NCBI GenBank assembly: GCA_964016885.1 | Contig: OZ024743.1 | Span: forward strand, 99,510,001-99,574,000 | DNA length: 64,000 nucleotides | Direction of reading: 5' to 3' | Source of the DNA: Eledone cirrhosa | Lineage: Eukaryota | In this document: positions 23,501 to 36,596 of the stretch, in pieces | Numbering within the stretch: the stretch's first letter is position 1 | Layout of the letters: every line of letters begins with the position of its first letter | Translations under genes and position numbers: made by a program | The notes under the pieces: generated by a model | The model's input: the letters and a program-made list of their open reading frames with translations, nothing else | The model's database searches: none | Told to the model about the DNA's origin: nothing

Positions 23501-26500
23501 TTCTATAATACTAAAGTGCTATTAGTTCTATAATATTAAATTTCTCTTAGTTCTATAATACTAAATTGCTCTTAGTTCTATAATACTTAATTGCTCAAAG
23601 TTCTATAATACTAAATTGCTTTTAGTTCTATAATACTAAATTGCTCTTAGTTCTATAATACTAAATTGCTCTTAGTTCTATAATACTTAATTGCTCAAAG
23701 TTCTATAATACTAAATTGCTCTTACTTCTACCATACGAAATTGCTCTTAGTTCTATAATACGAAATTGCTCTTAGTTCTATAATACTAAATTGCTTTTAG
23801 TTCTATAATACTAAATTGCTCAAAGTTCTATAATACTAAATTGCTTTTAGTTCTATAATACTAAACTGCTCTTAGTTCTATAATACTTAATTGCTCAAAG
23901 TTCTATAATACTAAATTGCTTTTAGTTCTATAATACTAAATTGCTCTTAGTTCTATAATACTAAATTGCTTTTAGTTCTATCATACTAAATTGCTCTTAG
24001 TTCTATAATACTAAATTGCTCTTAGTTCTATAATACTAAATTGCTCTTAGTTCTATAATACTTAATTGCTCAAAGTTCTATAATACTAAATTGCTTTTAG
24101 TTCTATAATACTAAATTGCTCTTAGTTCTATAATACTTAATTGCTCAAAGTTCTATAATACTAAATTGCTCTTACTTCTATCATACTAAATTGCTCTTAG
24201 TTCTATAATACTAAATTGCTCTTAGTTCTATAATACTAAATTGCTCTTAGTTCTATAATACTAAACTGCTCTTAGTTCTATAATACTAAATTGCTTTAGT
24301 TCTATAATACTAAATTGCTCTTAGTTCTATAATACTAAACTGCTCTTAGTTCTATAATACTAAATTGCTCTTAGCTCTATAATACTTAATTGCTCAAAGT
24401 TCTATAATACTAAATTGCTCTTAGTTCTATAATACTAAATTGCTTTTAGTTCTATAATACTAAATTGCTCTTAGTTCTATAATACTTAATTGCTCAAAGT
24501 TCTATAATACTAAATTGCTTTTAGTTCTACAATACTAAACTGCTCTTAGTTCTATAATACTAAACTGCTCTTAGTTCTATAATACTTAATTGCTCAAAGT
24601 TCTATAATACTAAATTGCTTTTAGTTCTATAATACTAAATTGCTCTTAGTTCTATAATACTAAATTGCTTTTAGTTCTATAATACTAAACTGCTCTTAGT
24701 TCTATAACACTAAATTGCTCTTAGTTCTATAATACTAAATTGCTTTTAGTTCTATAGAACTAAACTGCTCTTAGTTCTATAATACTAAATTGCTCTTAGT
24801 TCTATAATACTAAATTGCTCTTAGTTCTATAATACTAAATTGCTTTTACTTCTATAATACTAAACTGCTCTTAGTTCTATAATACTAAATTGCTCTTAGT
24901 TCTATAGAACTAAATTGCTCTTAGTTCTATAATACTAAATTGCTCTTAGTTCTATAATACTAAATTGCTCTCAGTTCTATAATACTAAATTGCTCTCAGT
25001 TCTATAATACTAAGTTGCTCTTAGTTCTATAGAACTAAATTGCTCTTAGTTCTATAATACTAAATTGCTCTTAGTTCTATAATACTAAACTGCTTTTCCT
25101 TCTATAAAACTAAACTGCTCTTAGTTCTATAATACTAAATTGCTCTTAGTTCTATAGAACTAAATTGCTCTTAGTTCTATAATACTAAATTGCTCTTAGT
25201 TCTATAATACTAAATTGCTCTTAGTTCTATAATACTAAATTGCTCTCAGTTCTATAATACTAAATTGCTCTCAGTTCTATAATACTAAATTGCTCTTAGT
25301 TCTATAGAACTAAATTGCTCTTAGTTCTATAATACTAAATTGCTCTTAGTTCTATCATACTAAATTGCTCTTAGTTCTATAATACTTAATTGCTCTCAGT
25401 TCTATAATACTAAATTGCTCTTAGTTCTATAATACTAAATTGCTCTTAGTTCTATAATACTAAACTGCTCTTAGTTCTATAATACTAAATTGCTCTTAGT
25501 TCTATAATACTAAATTGCTCTTAGTTCTATAATACTAAATTGTTCTTAGTTCTATAATACTAAACAGCTCTTAGTTCTATAATACTAAACTGCTCTTAGT
25601 TCTATAATACTAAATTGCTCTTAGTTCTATAATACTTAATTGCTCAAAGTTCTATAATACTAAATTGCTCTTAGTTCTATAATACTAAATTGCTCTTAGT
25701 TCTATAATACTAAATTGCTCTTAGTTCTATAATACTTAATTGCTCAAAGTTCTATAATACTAAATTGCTTTTAGTTCTACAATACTAAACTGCTCTTAGT
25801 TCTATAATACTAAATTGCTCTTAGTTCTATAATACTAAATTGCTCTTAGTTCTATAATACTAAATTGCTCTTAGTTCTATAATACTAAATTGCTCTTAGT
25901 TCTATAATACTAAACTGCTCTTAGTTCTATAATACTAAACTGCTCTTAGTTCTATAATACTAAATTGCTTTTAGTCCTATAATACTAAATTGCTCTTAGT
26001 TCTATAATACTAAATTGCTTTTAGTTCTATAATACTAAACTGCTTTTAGTTCTATAATACTAAACTGCTCTTAGTTCTATAATACTAAATTGCTTTTAGT
26101 TCTATAGAACTAAACTGCTCTTAGTTCTATAATACTAAACAGCTCTTAGTTCTATAATACTAAATTGCTCTTAGTTCTATAATACTAAACTGCTTTTACT
26201 TCTATAATACTAAACTGCTCTTAGTTCTATAATACTAAATTGCTCTTAGTTCTATAGAACTAAATTGCTCTTAGTTCTATAATACTAAACTGCTCTTAGT
26301 TCTATAATACTAAATTGCTCTCAGTTCTATAATACTAAATTGCTCTCAGTTCTATAATACTAAATTGCTCTTAGTTCTATAATACTAAATTGCTTTCAGT
26401 TCTATAATACTAAACTGCTTTCAGTTCTATAATACTAAACTGCTTTTAGTTCTATAATACTAAACTGCTTTTAGTTCTATAATACTAAACTGCTTTTAGT

Positions 26501-27933
26501 TCTATAATACTAAACTGCTTTCAGTTCTATAATACTAAACTGCTTTTAGTTCTATAATACTAAATTGCTCTTAGTTCTATAATACTAAACTGCTTTTAGT
26601 TCTATAATACTAAATTGCTCTTAGTTCTATAATACTAAACTGATTTTAGTTCTATAATACTAAACTGCTCTTAGTTCTATAATACTAAATTGCTCTTAGT
26701 TCTATAATACTTAATTGCTCTCAGTTCTATAATACTAAATTGCTCTTAGTTCTATAATACTAAATTGCTCTTAGTTCTATAATACTAAATTGCTTTTAGT
26801 TCTATAGAACTAAACTGCTCTTAGTTCTATAATACTAAACAGCTCTTAGTTCTATAATACTAAATTGCTCTTAGTTCTATAATACTAAACTGCTTTTACT
26901 TCTATAATACTAAACTGCTCTTAGTTCTATAATACTAAATTGCTCTTAGTTCTATAGAACTAAATTGCTCTTAGTTCTATAATACTAAACTGCTCTTAGT
27001 TCTATAATACTAAATTGCTCTCAGTTCTATAATACTAAATTGCTCTCAGTTCTATAATACTAAATTGCTCTTAGTTCTATAATACTAAATTGCTTTCAGT
27101 TCTATAATACTAAACTGCTTTCAGTTCTATAATACTAAACTGCTTTTAGTTCTATAATACTAAACTGCTTTTAGTTCTATAATACTAAACTGCTTTTAGT
27201 TCTATAATACTAAACTGCTTTCAGTTCTATAATACTAAACTGCTTTTAGTTCTATAATACTAAATTGCTCTTAGTTCTATAATACTAAACTGCTTTTAGT
27301 TCTATAATACTAAATTGCTCTTAGTTCTATAATACTAAACTGATTTTAGTTCTATAATACTAAACTGCTCTTAGTTCTATAATACTAAATTGCTCCTAGT
27401 TCTATAATACTAAATTGTGCTTAGTTCTATAATACTAAATTGCTCTCAGTTCTATAATACTAAATTGCTCTTAGTTCTATAATACTAAATTGCTTTTAGT
27501 TCTATAATACTAAATTGCTCTTAGTTCTATAATACTAAATTGCTTTTAGTTCTATAATACTAAACTGCTTTTAGTTCTATAATACTAAATTTCTCTTTGT
27601 TCTATAATACTAAATTGCTCTTAGTTCTATAATACTAAACTGATTTTAGTTCTATAATACTAAACTGCTCTTAGTTCTATAATACTAAATTGCTCCTAGT
27701 TCTATAATACTAAATTGTGCTTAGTTCTATAATACTAAATTGCTCTCAGTTCTATAATACTAAATTGCTCTTAGTTCTATAATACTAAATTGCTTTTAGT
27801 TCTATAATACTAAATTGCTCTTAGTTCTATAATACTAAATTGCTTTTAGTTCTATAATACTAAACTGCTTTTAGTTCTATAATACTAAATTTCTCTTTGT
27901 TCTATAATACTAAACTGCTCTTAGTTCTATACT
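20578..27933. repeat. Tandem satellite/minisatellite array, 25-bp unit ATTGCTCTTAGTTCTATAATACTAA, ~290 copies
   Basis: Direct 25-bp periodicity throughout, with variant units (CTCAAAG, CTTTTAG, AAACTG, TAGAAC) and two 24-bp units (~22117, ~24291). Confidence 0.98.
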
Positions 27934-28015
27934 AATAAACTTCTTTTTTAAGTATTTATATTTATCTAAAAACTCCCAATTATAATTTTGTTATGTTCCA
28001 AATGCCAACTTAATA

Positions 28016-28241
28016 AATGTTTCTAATTTAGGAACAAAGCCAGCAATTGTGTTGAAGAGAAAGTTAATTATATCAACCACAGTTCTTTACTGGTACTTTG
28101 TATTATCAACCTCTGAAGGATGAAAGTTATCAAAGTTAATCTTGATAGATTTGAACACTGCAAATGCATTTTATTCAATGATCTACCAATCCTGCCAATT
28201 TATCCGATGATCTACCAATTCTGCCAATTAACCACTCCAGA
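28016..28241 (-). mobile_element. Diverged SINE family A copy inserted into a MITE
   Basis: ACTGGTACTTTGTATTATCAACCTCTGAAGGATGAAAG...ATTTGAAC, flanked by CCAACTTAATA (28005-28015 and 28242-28252). Confidence 0.72.
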
Positions 28242-29589
28242 CCAACTTAATATTGAGAAAGTTTGTTATGTTACAAAATCCATTCCAATTTTCAATTATT
28301 TTCTAAAATATTTGAAAACTATAGGTAAGGAATTTCATTAGAAATACATTAAAAGAAGGGTTAAAAAATGGCTAACAGTTTTGAAAAGTAAAATAATGGT
28401 ATTTTGAAAAGTGGTTTGGAGCAAAACAAATGCAGTGCACCTGAGCACTGAACACAATATCAAACAGCTGAGGTTCTACACTTCTCAGATGAATTTAAAG
28501 AGATATTTTTCAAAAATTACTTTTAACCTTTTGTTTTCATATTTTTAGTGAAAGACACCATCTATGATTGTCAAATCATTTTTAAAATAATGAGGAATTT
28601 GTAGAGATTTACTAATATAAATAATTTTCACATTATTAACTTGGTGTTCAAAGCCTAACTTAACAAAGGTTCTTGCATAAAATCATGATGGAAGGTTTTT
28701 ATATAGATATAAATATTTAATGAATAACATGGTGGTGTATTGGATCTAGTATACGTTAAAGCTACATAGAGACAAATGGTTTAATCATTTCATTTCCATA
28801 TTTCTAATGAAAGTCACTACCTAGGATTCTGAAATAATTTTCAATATAATCAAGAATTTATAGAGATTTAGTAATATCACAACTTTTTCATTATTTAGTT
28901 GGTGTCTGAAACATAACTTAACAAAGGTTCTTACATAAAATTTTGATAGACAGTTTTTAGATAAATATAAACAGTTTAAAATAAACAGCTTTGTATGATA
29001 GAATCGGGAGTGTTTTCAGGCTGTTTGGTATCAAAGGCATGAATATAAAACATCAAAGATACAATAAATTCACTAATACAGAAATATCAATGATGTGACA
29101 TATCACTGATATTTCCTATCAATTGATATTTCCTATCAATGATACAAAATCAAAATAGCAATGATTCAAAAACAAAAATAAATAAATGAATAAATAAAAA
29201 TCAATAGTAATAGAATTTCAATGTAAAAAATCTTTGTAAAAAAAATCGGTGATACAAAAATTATTCATCATTGAATACAAAAGCATTGCTCACACTTACA
29301 TCATATATATTAATTTGTCAGTATCTGGCATTTATACTTATTGTTATTAAGAAAATTATATATTTGAAAGGTTGGCTATGTTGACTGTTGAAATAATATT
29401 TTTTAAAATACAACTTCGAAGATTTTTTAATTTTTATTTTGTTGTTATTTATGACCCCCCCCCCTCCAAATTCCTCGAGTAACAAATAGAGGTTTTTGAA
29501 ACCCATCAAATAATATTTATTTCTGTATTTAGTGACATCTTGAAGGCATACACCACAATTTTCCATCAAGTAAATCTAATATATAGAAA

Positions 29590-30045
29590 ATTACACACAC
29601 ACACAGAGTAATATACATATTACTCATATACACTAATACACTCACATACACTCACATATGAATGCATATGTATGTATGTGTATGTATGTCATTGTGTATA
29701 TGTTTGATTATATGCATGAGACTCATGTATATAATCAGATATACACACTGACATACATATCCATTCATATACATACTGTTACATACACTCTCTTCATACA
29801 CACACTCACATACATACACACACCTTCACATACATACACACATACCCACACAGACTCTCACACCCTCACATGCCCACACACATTTACATACACATTCACA
29901 TACTTGCGTACATAATCATGCATACGCAGTCATACATACACATACACACTCACTCACACACCTACACACACACACTTCCATACACATTCACATCCATACA
30001 CACATATTTGCATATATAACCATAGATATGCAGTCATACATACAC
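29590..30045. repeat. Degenerate CA/TACA-rich low-complexity tract
   Basis: Directly visible. Confidence 0.85.
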
Positions 30046-30772
30046 CATAATAGACATGTGACTGTGTTTAAAAGAGACGATGTTCATAAATAAAGTCATT
30101 AGCAAATGTTGGAAGCTGGAATTCAGTGAAGCAAAACAGTAAGAATTGAAGTAAAACAAAGAAAAGAGATAAAAACATAAAACTTATGGGAAATTCAACA
30201 GCTAAAACAATACCCTATAGGAGAGAACTGTAGAAAATAATACAGTCTATATATCTAAACATAACAATAGGAATGGATCTCCATCAGTTTCAATGATGAG
30301 TGTTTCAGTTAATCAAACAATGGAACAGCCTTCTCATCATCATTTAACATCCATCTTCCACACTAGCATGAGTAAGACGGGCTATCCTTCTGTGAGAGAT
30401 CAGGTTGTGGGACTGTGATGCGCTCACACAGAACTGATTCTGGCTTGATTTATATGGCTGGATGCCCTTCCTAATGCTATGAAATTAAGGTGCAAGTGGC
30501 TGAGAAATCCACATACAGGGGCACCCTTAATGTAATTCCCAAGTAGGAGATTTAGAGTGACAAGGCTTGCCCTTTGAGTTACAGTCACAGCCAATACAAC
30601 AAGCTTCCAAACAGTTTCCATCTACCCAATTTCACTTACAAAACACGAGTCAAGATACCACATAGTAGGATTGAACCCAGAACCTAATGATTCCTAAACA
30701 AACTTCTTATTCATTCAGCCAGGCTTCCTGCATATATTTAAATAGTAAAATAATGAAACACATTTCTAAAAT

Positions 30773-30962
30773 ATTTGTTTCTACATTTGGCACAAGGCCA
30801 GCAATTTGAAGGGAAGGGGGGAAAGTCGACTAAATCAACCTAGTACATTACTCGTACTTTATTTTTTTGACCGTGAAAGGAAGGTAAAGCTAACCTCGGT
30901 GGGAGTTGAACTCAGAACGTAAAGGGCCATAGCTCTATGCTGCAAAGCATGGTATCTGATGC
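30773..30962 (-). mobile_element. SINE family A copy
   Basis: TTGTTTCTACATTTGGCACAAGGCCAGCAAT...GTTGAACTCAGAAC...AAAGCATGG. Confidence 0.8.
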
Positions 30963-32344
30963 TTTAGATATATTTATTAAAGTTGAACTATAACTACTGT
31001 ATATAAGACATTGGGTAAAAGTAAACCATAGAAAAGATTCACTAAACTGCTAAACAGCAAGTAGGATAATGAAGATAGTTTAAGGCAGTGGACATTTATA
31101 TAACAAAGTCCATACATACTTCACCTAGAATGTAAACAAATCTAAACCAAACCAATGTCAGCCATGAAGCCAAGCAAATGCAAATCATAATCCTACATTC
31201 AACCCTACCCACAAAACTGTGACACATCAGCCATAAGTTAAATTCAAATATGTCCTTCAAACCATACCCCAGTCCTCTCAGCCAAACAACAACCAACCTG
31301 TTCCAATGGCGGTGATGGATGTCATCAGGCTACAGCCGTCATATTCCATAGTTTTTATGTTACGCTGCTATCATATTAGCCCTATCATTACGATTTTCTA
31401 ATAAAGTTACTGCACATGATTTTCAAATAAATGTGAAAATAATTAAAAAAAATTGAGGAATTTTATAATACAGGTGGCAAAATTGGCTGAGTCAGTACAG
31501 TACTGGATTAAATGTTTCAGTATTTGTTCCAGCTCTCTGTGCTGAGTCAAATCATATCAACTTGGCTTTTTGAGGGTCAATAAACTATTAATCCTGGAGT
31601 GGTGGATTGGTGGAATTGTTAAAAAGTCAAGTGGGATGTTTCATATCTGATCAAGATCTGTGCATTCTGAGATTGAATCCAACCTCTTTCTGCAAGGAGT
31701 TGCAATTAGCAGATTGCATCAGCAATGGAAAGACAAGTATCATTGGTTTGATATGACAACTAACCCTTTTCAAGCTGTTCCTTAAATCCTAACTTAACAA
31801 AGGTTCTTTATATAAAATTTTGATTGAAGGTTTTTTGATAAATATAAACATCTTAAAACAAACAGCTTTGTATGGTAAATGAATTCAGGCATTTTGATAT
31901 CAAAAGGATTAAATAACCTTTTTCTACAGAGATCATCATCATCATTTTCATGTCTACACTTTCATGATGGCATGGGCTTGAAAAGATTGTTTGAAGCAGT
32001 ATTCTATTGTCAGATGTCCTTACTAGCACAAACCCTTACTAGTTTTGTTCCACTGCACTTCGCATGCTGAACCATCAAGGTGCATTTCACATTGTTTATG
32101 TGGGGCATAAGCAAATGCCACCAGCTGCCAAACTGGTGTCAATGCAAAGATATGTGGACACACGGACACAGGTACACACACACACACACACACACATACA
32201 CATGGACACACACAAACATATGGGCTTTCTTTGGATGCAGTCTATGATATATCCAGAATCCTACAATGCATTCAACACCGTCTCATATGTGAGAGTAGTA
32301 ATTCCTTGTGGGTCTCACCTGAGTTTTGTTGAGTGTTAGTAGTT

Positions 32345-33019
32345 ATCTTAGCATCACTCAGCAAGACCTTTGTCAGCCACTCTCCAGCTATCTATTTAAA
32401 GCTATATATAGCTATGGTGTGGCCACACTTAGAATTTGCATCACCAGTCTGGAACCCCTATCTTGCTCAGAACAATAACCGCCTGGAAACTGTTCAGGGA
32501 CGTGCAACCAAGCGAATACCCTCCATCAGGCAACTACCATACTCTGAACACCTTGCTTCCCTGGGCATGGATACATTGAAGCTCCGACATCTGGCAACTG
32601 ACTTGGTAAACATCCACAAAATTATTAACCATCTTGCCAACAACAACGCTGAGTACCTTTTTGAATTCCATGTGTCTAACACACGTGGTCATGCCCACAA
32701 AGTCAGAAAATAGCACAGCTCCCATGACTTTCGGAAACATTTTTTCACGCTCTGAGTTGCTGAAGCATGGAACAAATTACCTGCATCAGTTGTTAGCTGT
32801 CGAAACAATGCATCCTTTAAAACCTTCATGCTTCCTGAGATTTGCCAACACTACATCTAATATTCCCCCTCCATACACACACACACATGTATCATACACT
32901 ATTCACTTCCCTGACATTTGTACATTATTCTATGTACTATACATGCACCTTTGATGAGTTGTAGTGCACCTGAGCACTGTACACAATAATTTCATTATTA
33001 TTATTTCATTATTATTATT
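32345..33019 (+). mobile_element. 3' fragment of the same CR1-like LINE family
   Basis: LYIAMVWPHLEFASPVWNPY...LETVQGRATKRIP, plus a 3' UTR GAGTTGTAGTGCACCTGAGCACTGTACACAATAATTTCATTATT that matches the 18.2-kb copy. Confidence 0.9.
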
Positions 33020-34719
33020 GGGGCCTGAAGTATTTTCCTCTTGAAGGGGAAGGCAAGTCTTTGTTATACAGCCTTTGCTATATTGAAGATGTGTGCTTTC
33101 TAAAGGAGATTCTCAATGAATGGGAGGCCTAACAGTTGCAGGGATTTTGAAGATTCTAGTTATATGTTGTTCTTGCTTAGAGAGTGCAGTAATAAAGGTT
33201 TTTGTACAAGTTTTCTTGTTATCTTTAAAGAAGAGAACTATGTAACAGGAATTGGAGTTCATGCCATGAAAACCAGAGCTTGAATTGTTGGCAATGCTAG
33301 CAAGAATACACCAAAAGAAAAAAGAGTTTTATATAGTCAGGTAATTTTTCGAATGAATAAATGGAAAGTAAAAGAGAGAAAAAATATGAGTGGAAAAAAT
33401 GAAAGGATGTATGTATAACAGGCTTGTTGAAAGAGAACTGGTATGGTCATAAGTTCAAAGGAACACAAAATTGTTTTGTTAGACATGTAGAAATAGAGCT
33501 CTTTAGACAGCGTACACAGTAGTATTTATAGATCAAAGTGTTTTACCATTATTCAATTTGATTTTATTTATTGGCATCATATCAATTAGAAAATGTTGTT
33601 GTTTCAGAAGATAGTAGTATTAATGGTAAAGTATTTCCAATTATCTTGGAATAACATATAATTTGTCAATGCTGAGGATACATGTAATGTGTGAAACTAT
33701 TCAAATGGAAATACATTCGAATGGAAATACATGTTGCAATAGGCGAAAAAGGAAAGATATTATTGAGTCTATCATTAATAAGATTAAATCTGTTCAACCA
33801 GTCCTTTGGGCTAAATGGCTATGGCTTTCGGAATAAATGCTAATAATAAACACAAACACATGTACATGCGTATACTTTCCCCTATTACATAAAATGTAAA
33901 TGAGCAGAAAGTGAGGAAGCTTCTATCTATATAATCAGCCTGTTTGCTCTCTACATCAGTAAATTTTCTCTCAATAGATACCCTAATGTCCATAAAATAG
34001 GAAAGCATGTATTAAAATATATACCTTGGGTCATCATGTTCTACTATAAAAACAGGAATGTCACAGATAGTATGCTAATCAAATGATAATCACAGAAGTT
34101 AAACTAAATACTGGGTGTTTATGTGCAAGTGAGAGTATAAGTGAATGTAAGGGAGAGAGAGAAAATTAACATTTCTCATTGGTAATAGTGGGCAAAGGAA
34201 ACATGAAAATATGAAGAATGTGCAAACTAAAATGGGAGTAGGCTGGTAAAGTATAAAAGTTTAAAATTGTAATGCCAATATGAACTTGAATTAATGTCCA
34301 TAGCCTTTTACTCTTCTCCACTTCCACTGTAAAAGCATCAATAACATTGTCAGTACATAGTGAATAAGAGACAGAGGCCTAGCTGAAAGGTTAAGAAGTT
34401 CACTTTACAGTTATGAGATCCCAGGTTTGATCCCTCTGCATGTCTCTACCATAGCCTCGGGCCATCAAAAATTAGAATGATAAAAACTATGTGAAAGCCT
34501 GTGGTATGGATTGTTCCTGTAACTCAAAGGTCTAGCTTTCTCACATATTGTCTTACGCTGAATTGGCTGAATGTGTATAAAGTTATGTTTGTGTATAATG
34601 TACACATAATATAAACATAAATATACATATAAATACATATATAAACAAATATGAATCTTCTAATGAAGTATCTTGTTATATGTTTACCAAGATTGTTGAT
34701 GTGAGATTATGTGTTGAAA

Positions 34720-35077
34720 CAGATATTGTTATATTTTGGGAGAGCCATGCAGCCAATCAAAACACATACACACTGGTTGTGTTTCACTTCAGTTTTATTC
34801 ATCAGGTAATTAACCCATCAATCAGTTGATTAATCAACGGATAATTAATTGTCAAAGACAAGAAGAGAGTCAGAAAAGATGGAATAAGTATGACAAAGAG
34901 GAGATACAGAGGGCAATAGTCATCAATAAGGTCACAGATTGGGACAACAAACTTTGACAATTAAATAATTAGTTGATTAATCAAATAATTGATGGATCAG
35001 TTAACGAATTAATAAAACAGAAGTGAAAATCAACCAGTGTGTGTGTTTTGCATGACCCTTCCATAATACAATATGTG
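34720..35077. repeat. Long imperfect inverted repeat (foldback element)
   Basis: Arm 34720-34857 is the approximate reverse complement of 34952-35077, with a ~95-bp spacer. Confidence 0.8.
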
Positions 35078-35759
35078 ATAAAATAATCTTTCATTAACAT
35101 TATGATTAGTTATTAGTTGATTTTTTTATTTATTTTGTAATGAATTAAATATAAACATGTGGTGAAGAAAGAGTCTTTTGGAATATCACCAAAGCCATAC
35201 ATCACTTCTGAATGAATTATATAATAAGAAAATTTGATCTCAACCATATAAATGTATTAGATACATGCTGTCAAGACAAAATCACAAAGCTGTAAAATAT
35301 TTGGCAATAAGTCAGAAATGGAAATTAACAAGTAACTAATATTACTTAAGTGTAGTCAGATATAAGGATATTAACAAACCACTAAATAGCTACTGTAAAT
35401 TACAAGCAATTTGCATCAAAGTCTTCTGAAAGAATATTTTACTGCAATTTCTATTGTGAATTTTATCAAGGCTGCAGTCCGTATTGAGGAATTGTGAAAA
35501 CAGTAAAGAAATTAGTTGGTATAAAAACCAACCAAAAACAAAGAAATGACACACATAAGGAAAAGAGTAAAATAAAAAAGAAAGATGGGACAATATGGAT
35601 GAGACACTGCTATTGTCTACGTTTGATTGATTACTAAAGTTATGACTTTCATTCAACTGTTAATATGAAAGAAAAATATTTGCTGATCAATAAATTACCG
35701 AATAACTAAGCCTCAGAGCAAGATTCTGCAATGCCAGAAAATTTATAAATTATGACAAA

Positions 35760-35965
35760 GATAAAGATGATAATGATAATGATGATACCAACAGCAATGA
35801 TGATGTTGATGATGATGAGGGGGAAGATGGTGAGATGGAAGGAGAGGGGAGGAGGATCATGGTAATGATGTTGATGATAGTGATGGTGGTTGTGGTGGTG
35901 TTTTGCCAGTGAGGGTAGGGATGCTGAATATGATGGTGGTAATGATGATGATGGTAGTGATGATA
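35760..35965. repeat. Degenerate (GAT/GGT)n tract
   Basis: Directly visible. Confidence 0.85.
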
Positions 35966-35993
35966 TTGGACTTCTAACTGTATCATAATTAAT

Positions 35994-36060
35994 TGTTTCT
36001 ACTTTAGGCACAAGGCCAGTAATTACCCAGTGCATTACTGGTACTTTATTTTATCGACCC
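35994..36060 (-). mobile_element. Severely 5'-truncated SINE family A copy with perfect 16-bp TSD
   Basis: TGTTTCTACTTTAGGCACAAGGCC...TTTATCGACCC flanked by CTGTATCATAATTAAT (35978-35993 and 36061-36076). Confidence 0.85.
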
Positions 36061-36511
36061 CTGTATCATAATTAATAATATAAAATGATGTTGGATGATT
36101 TTAATTTATATAGGAACCCTTTACAAGAGGTGGTTATGTAGCATAGAACAAAAGGCAGTGTTATATTGGTATCAAGATAACACTAGCAGCTGCCCCTTCA
36201 GTACCTTTGCTGGAACCCACTCTGTTACAAGCATTTAGACAAACTCTTTAGTTTGAAAACAACTTCCCTACTTCATTCAGAAAAAGGTTAAATGTGTTGC
36301 ACTTTTGCCTCTAACTAATCCATAACAAATGTTAGCAAACATGAAGAACATTCTACTAATAACAGAACAATATAGAACTTAGAAAATCTAAAAGATTTTG
36401 GACTATTTAGTCAGATATTATTTTTATCTTTTTTTGAATCTACAAAGTGTGTTTTGTGTTTTGATCAATCTATATTCTTTGTTTATAATAAATAAATTTT
36501 GCTAACAAAAT

Positions 36512-36515
<4 letters not shown>

Positions 36516-36576
<61 letters not shown>

Positions 36577-36596
36577 CATACACACATATACATACA
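36516..36596. repeat. (TA)n microsatellite
   Basis: Directly visible. Confidence 0.95.

Noticed and set aside
33020-33520. Possible additional decayed LINE 3' fragment on the minus strand
   Set aside because: Too degenerate to assign a motif or boundaries by eye.
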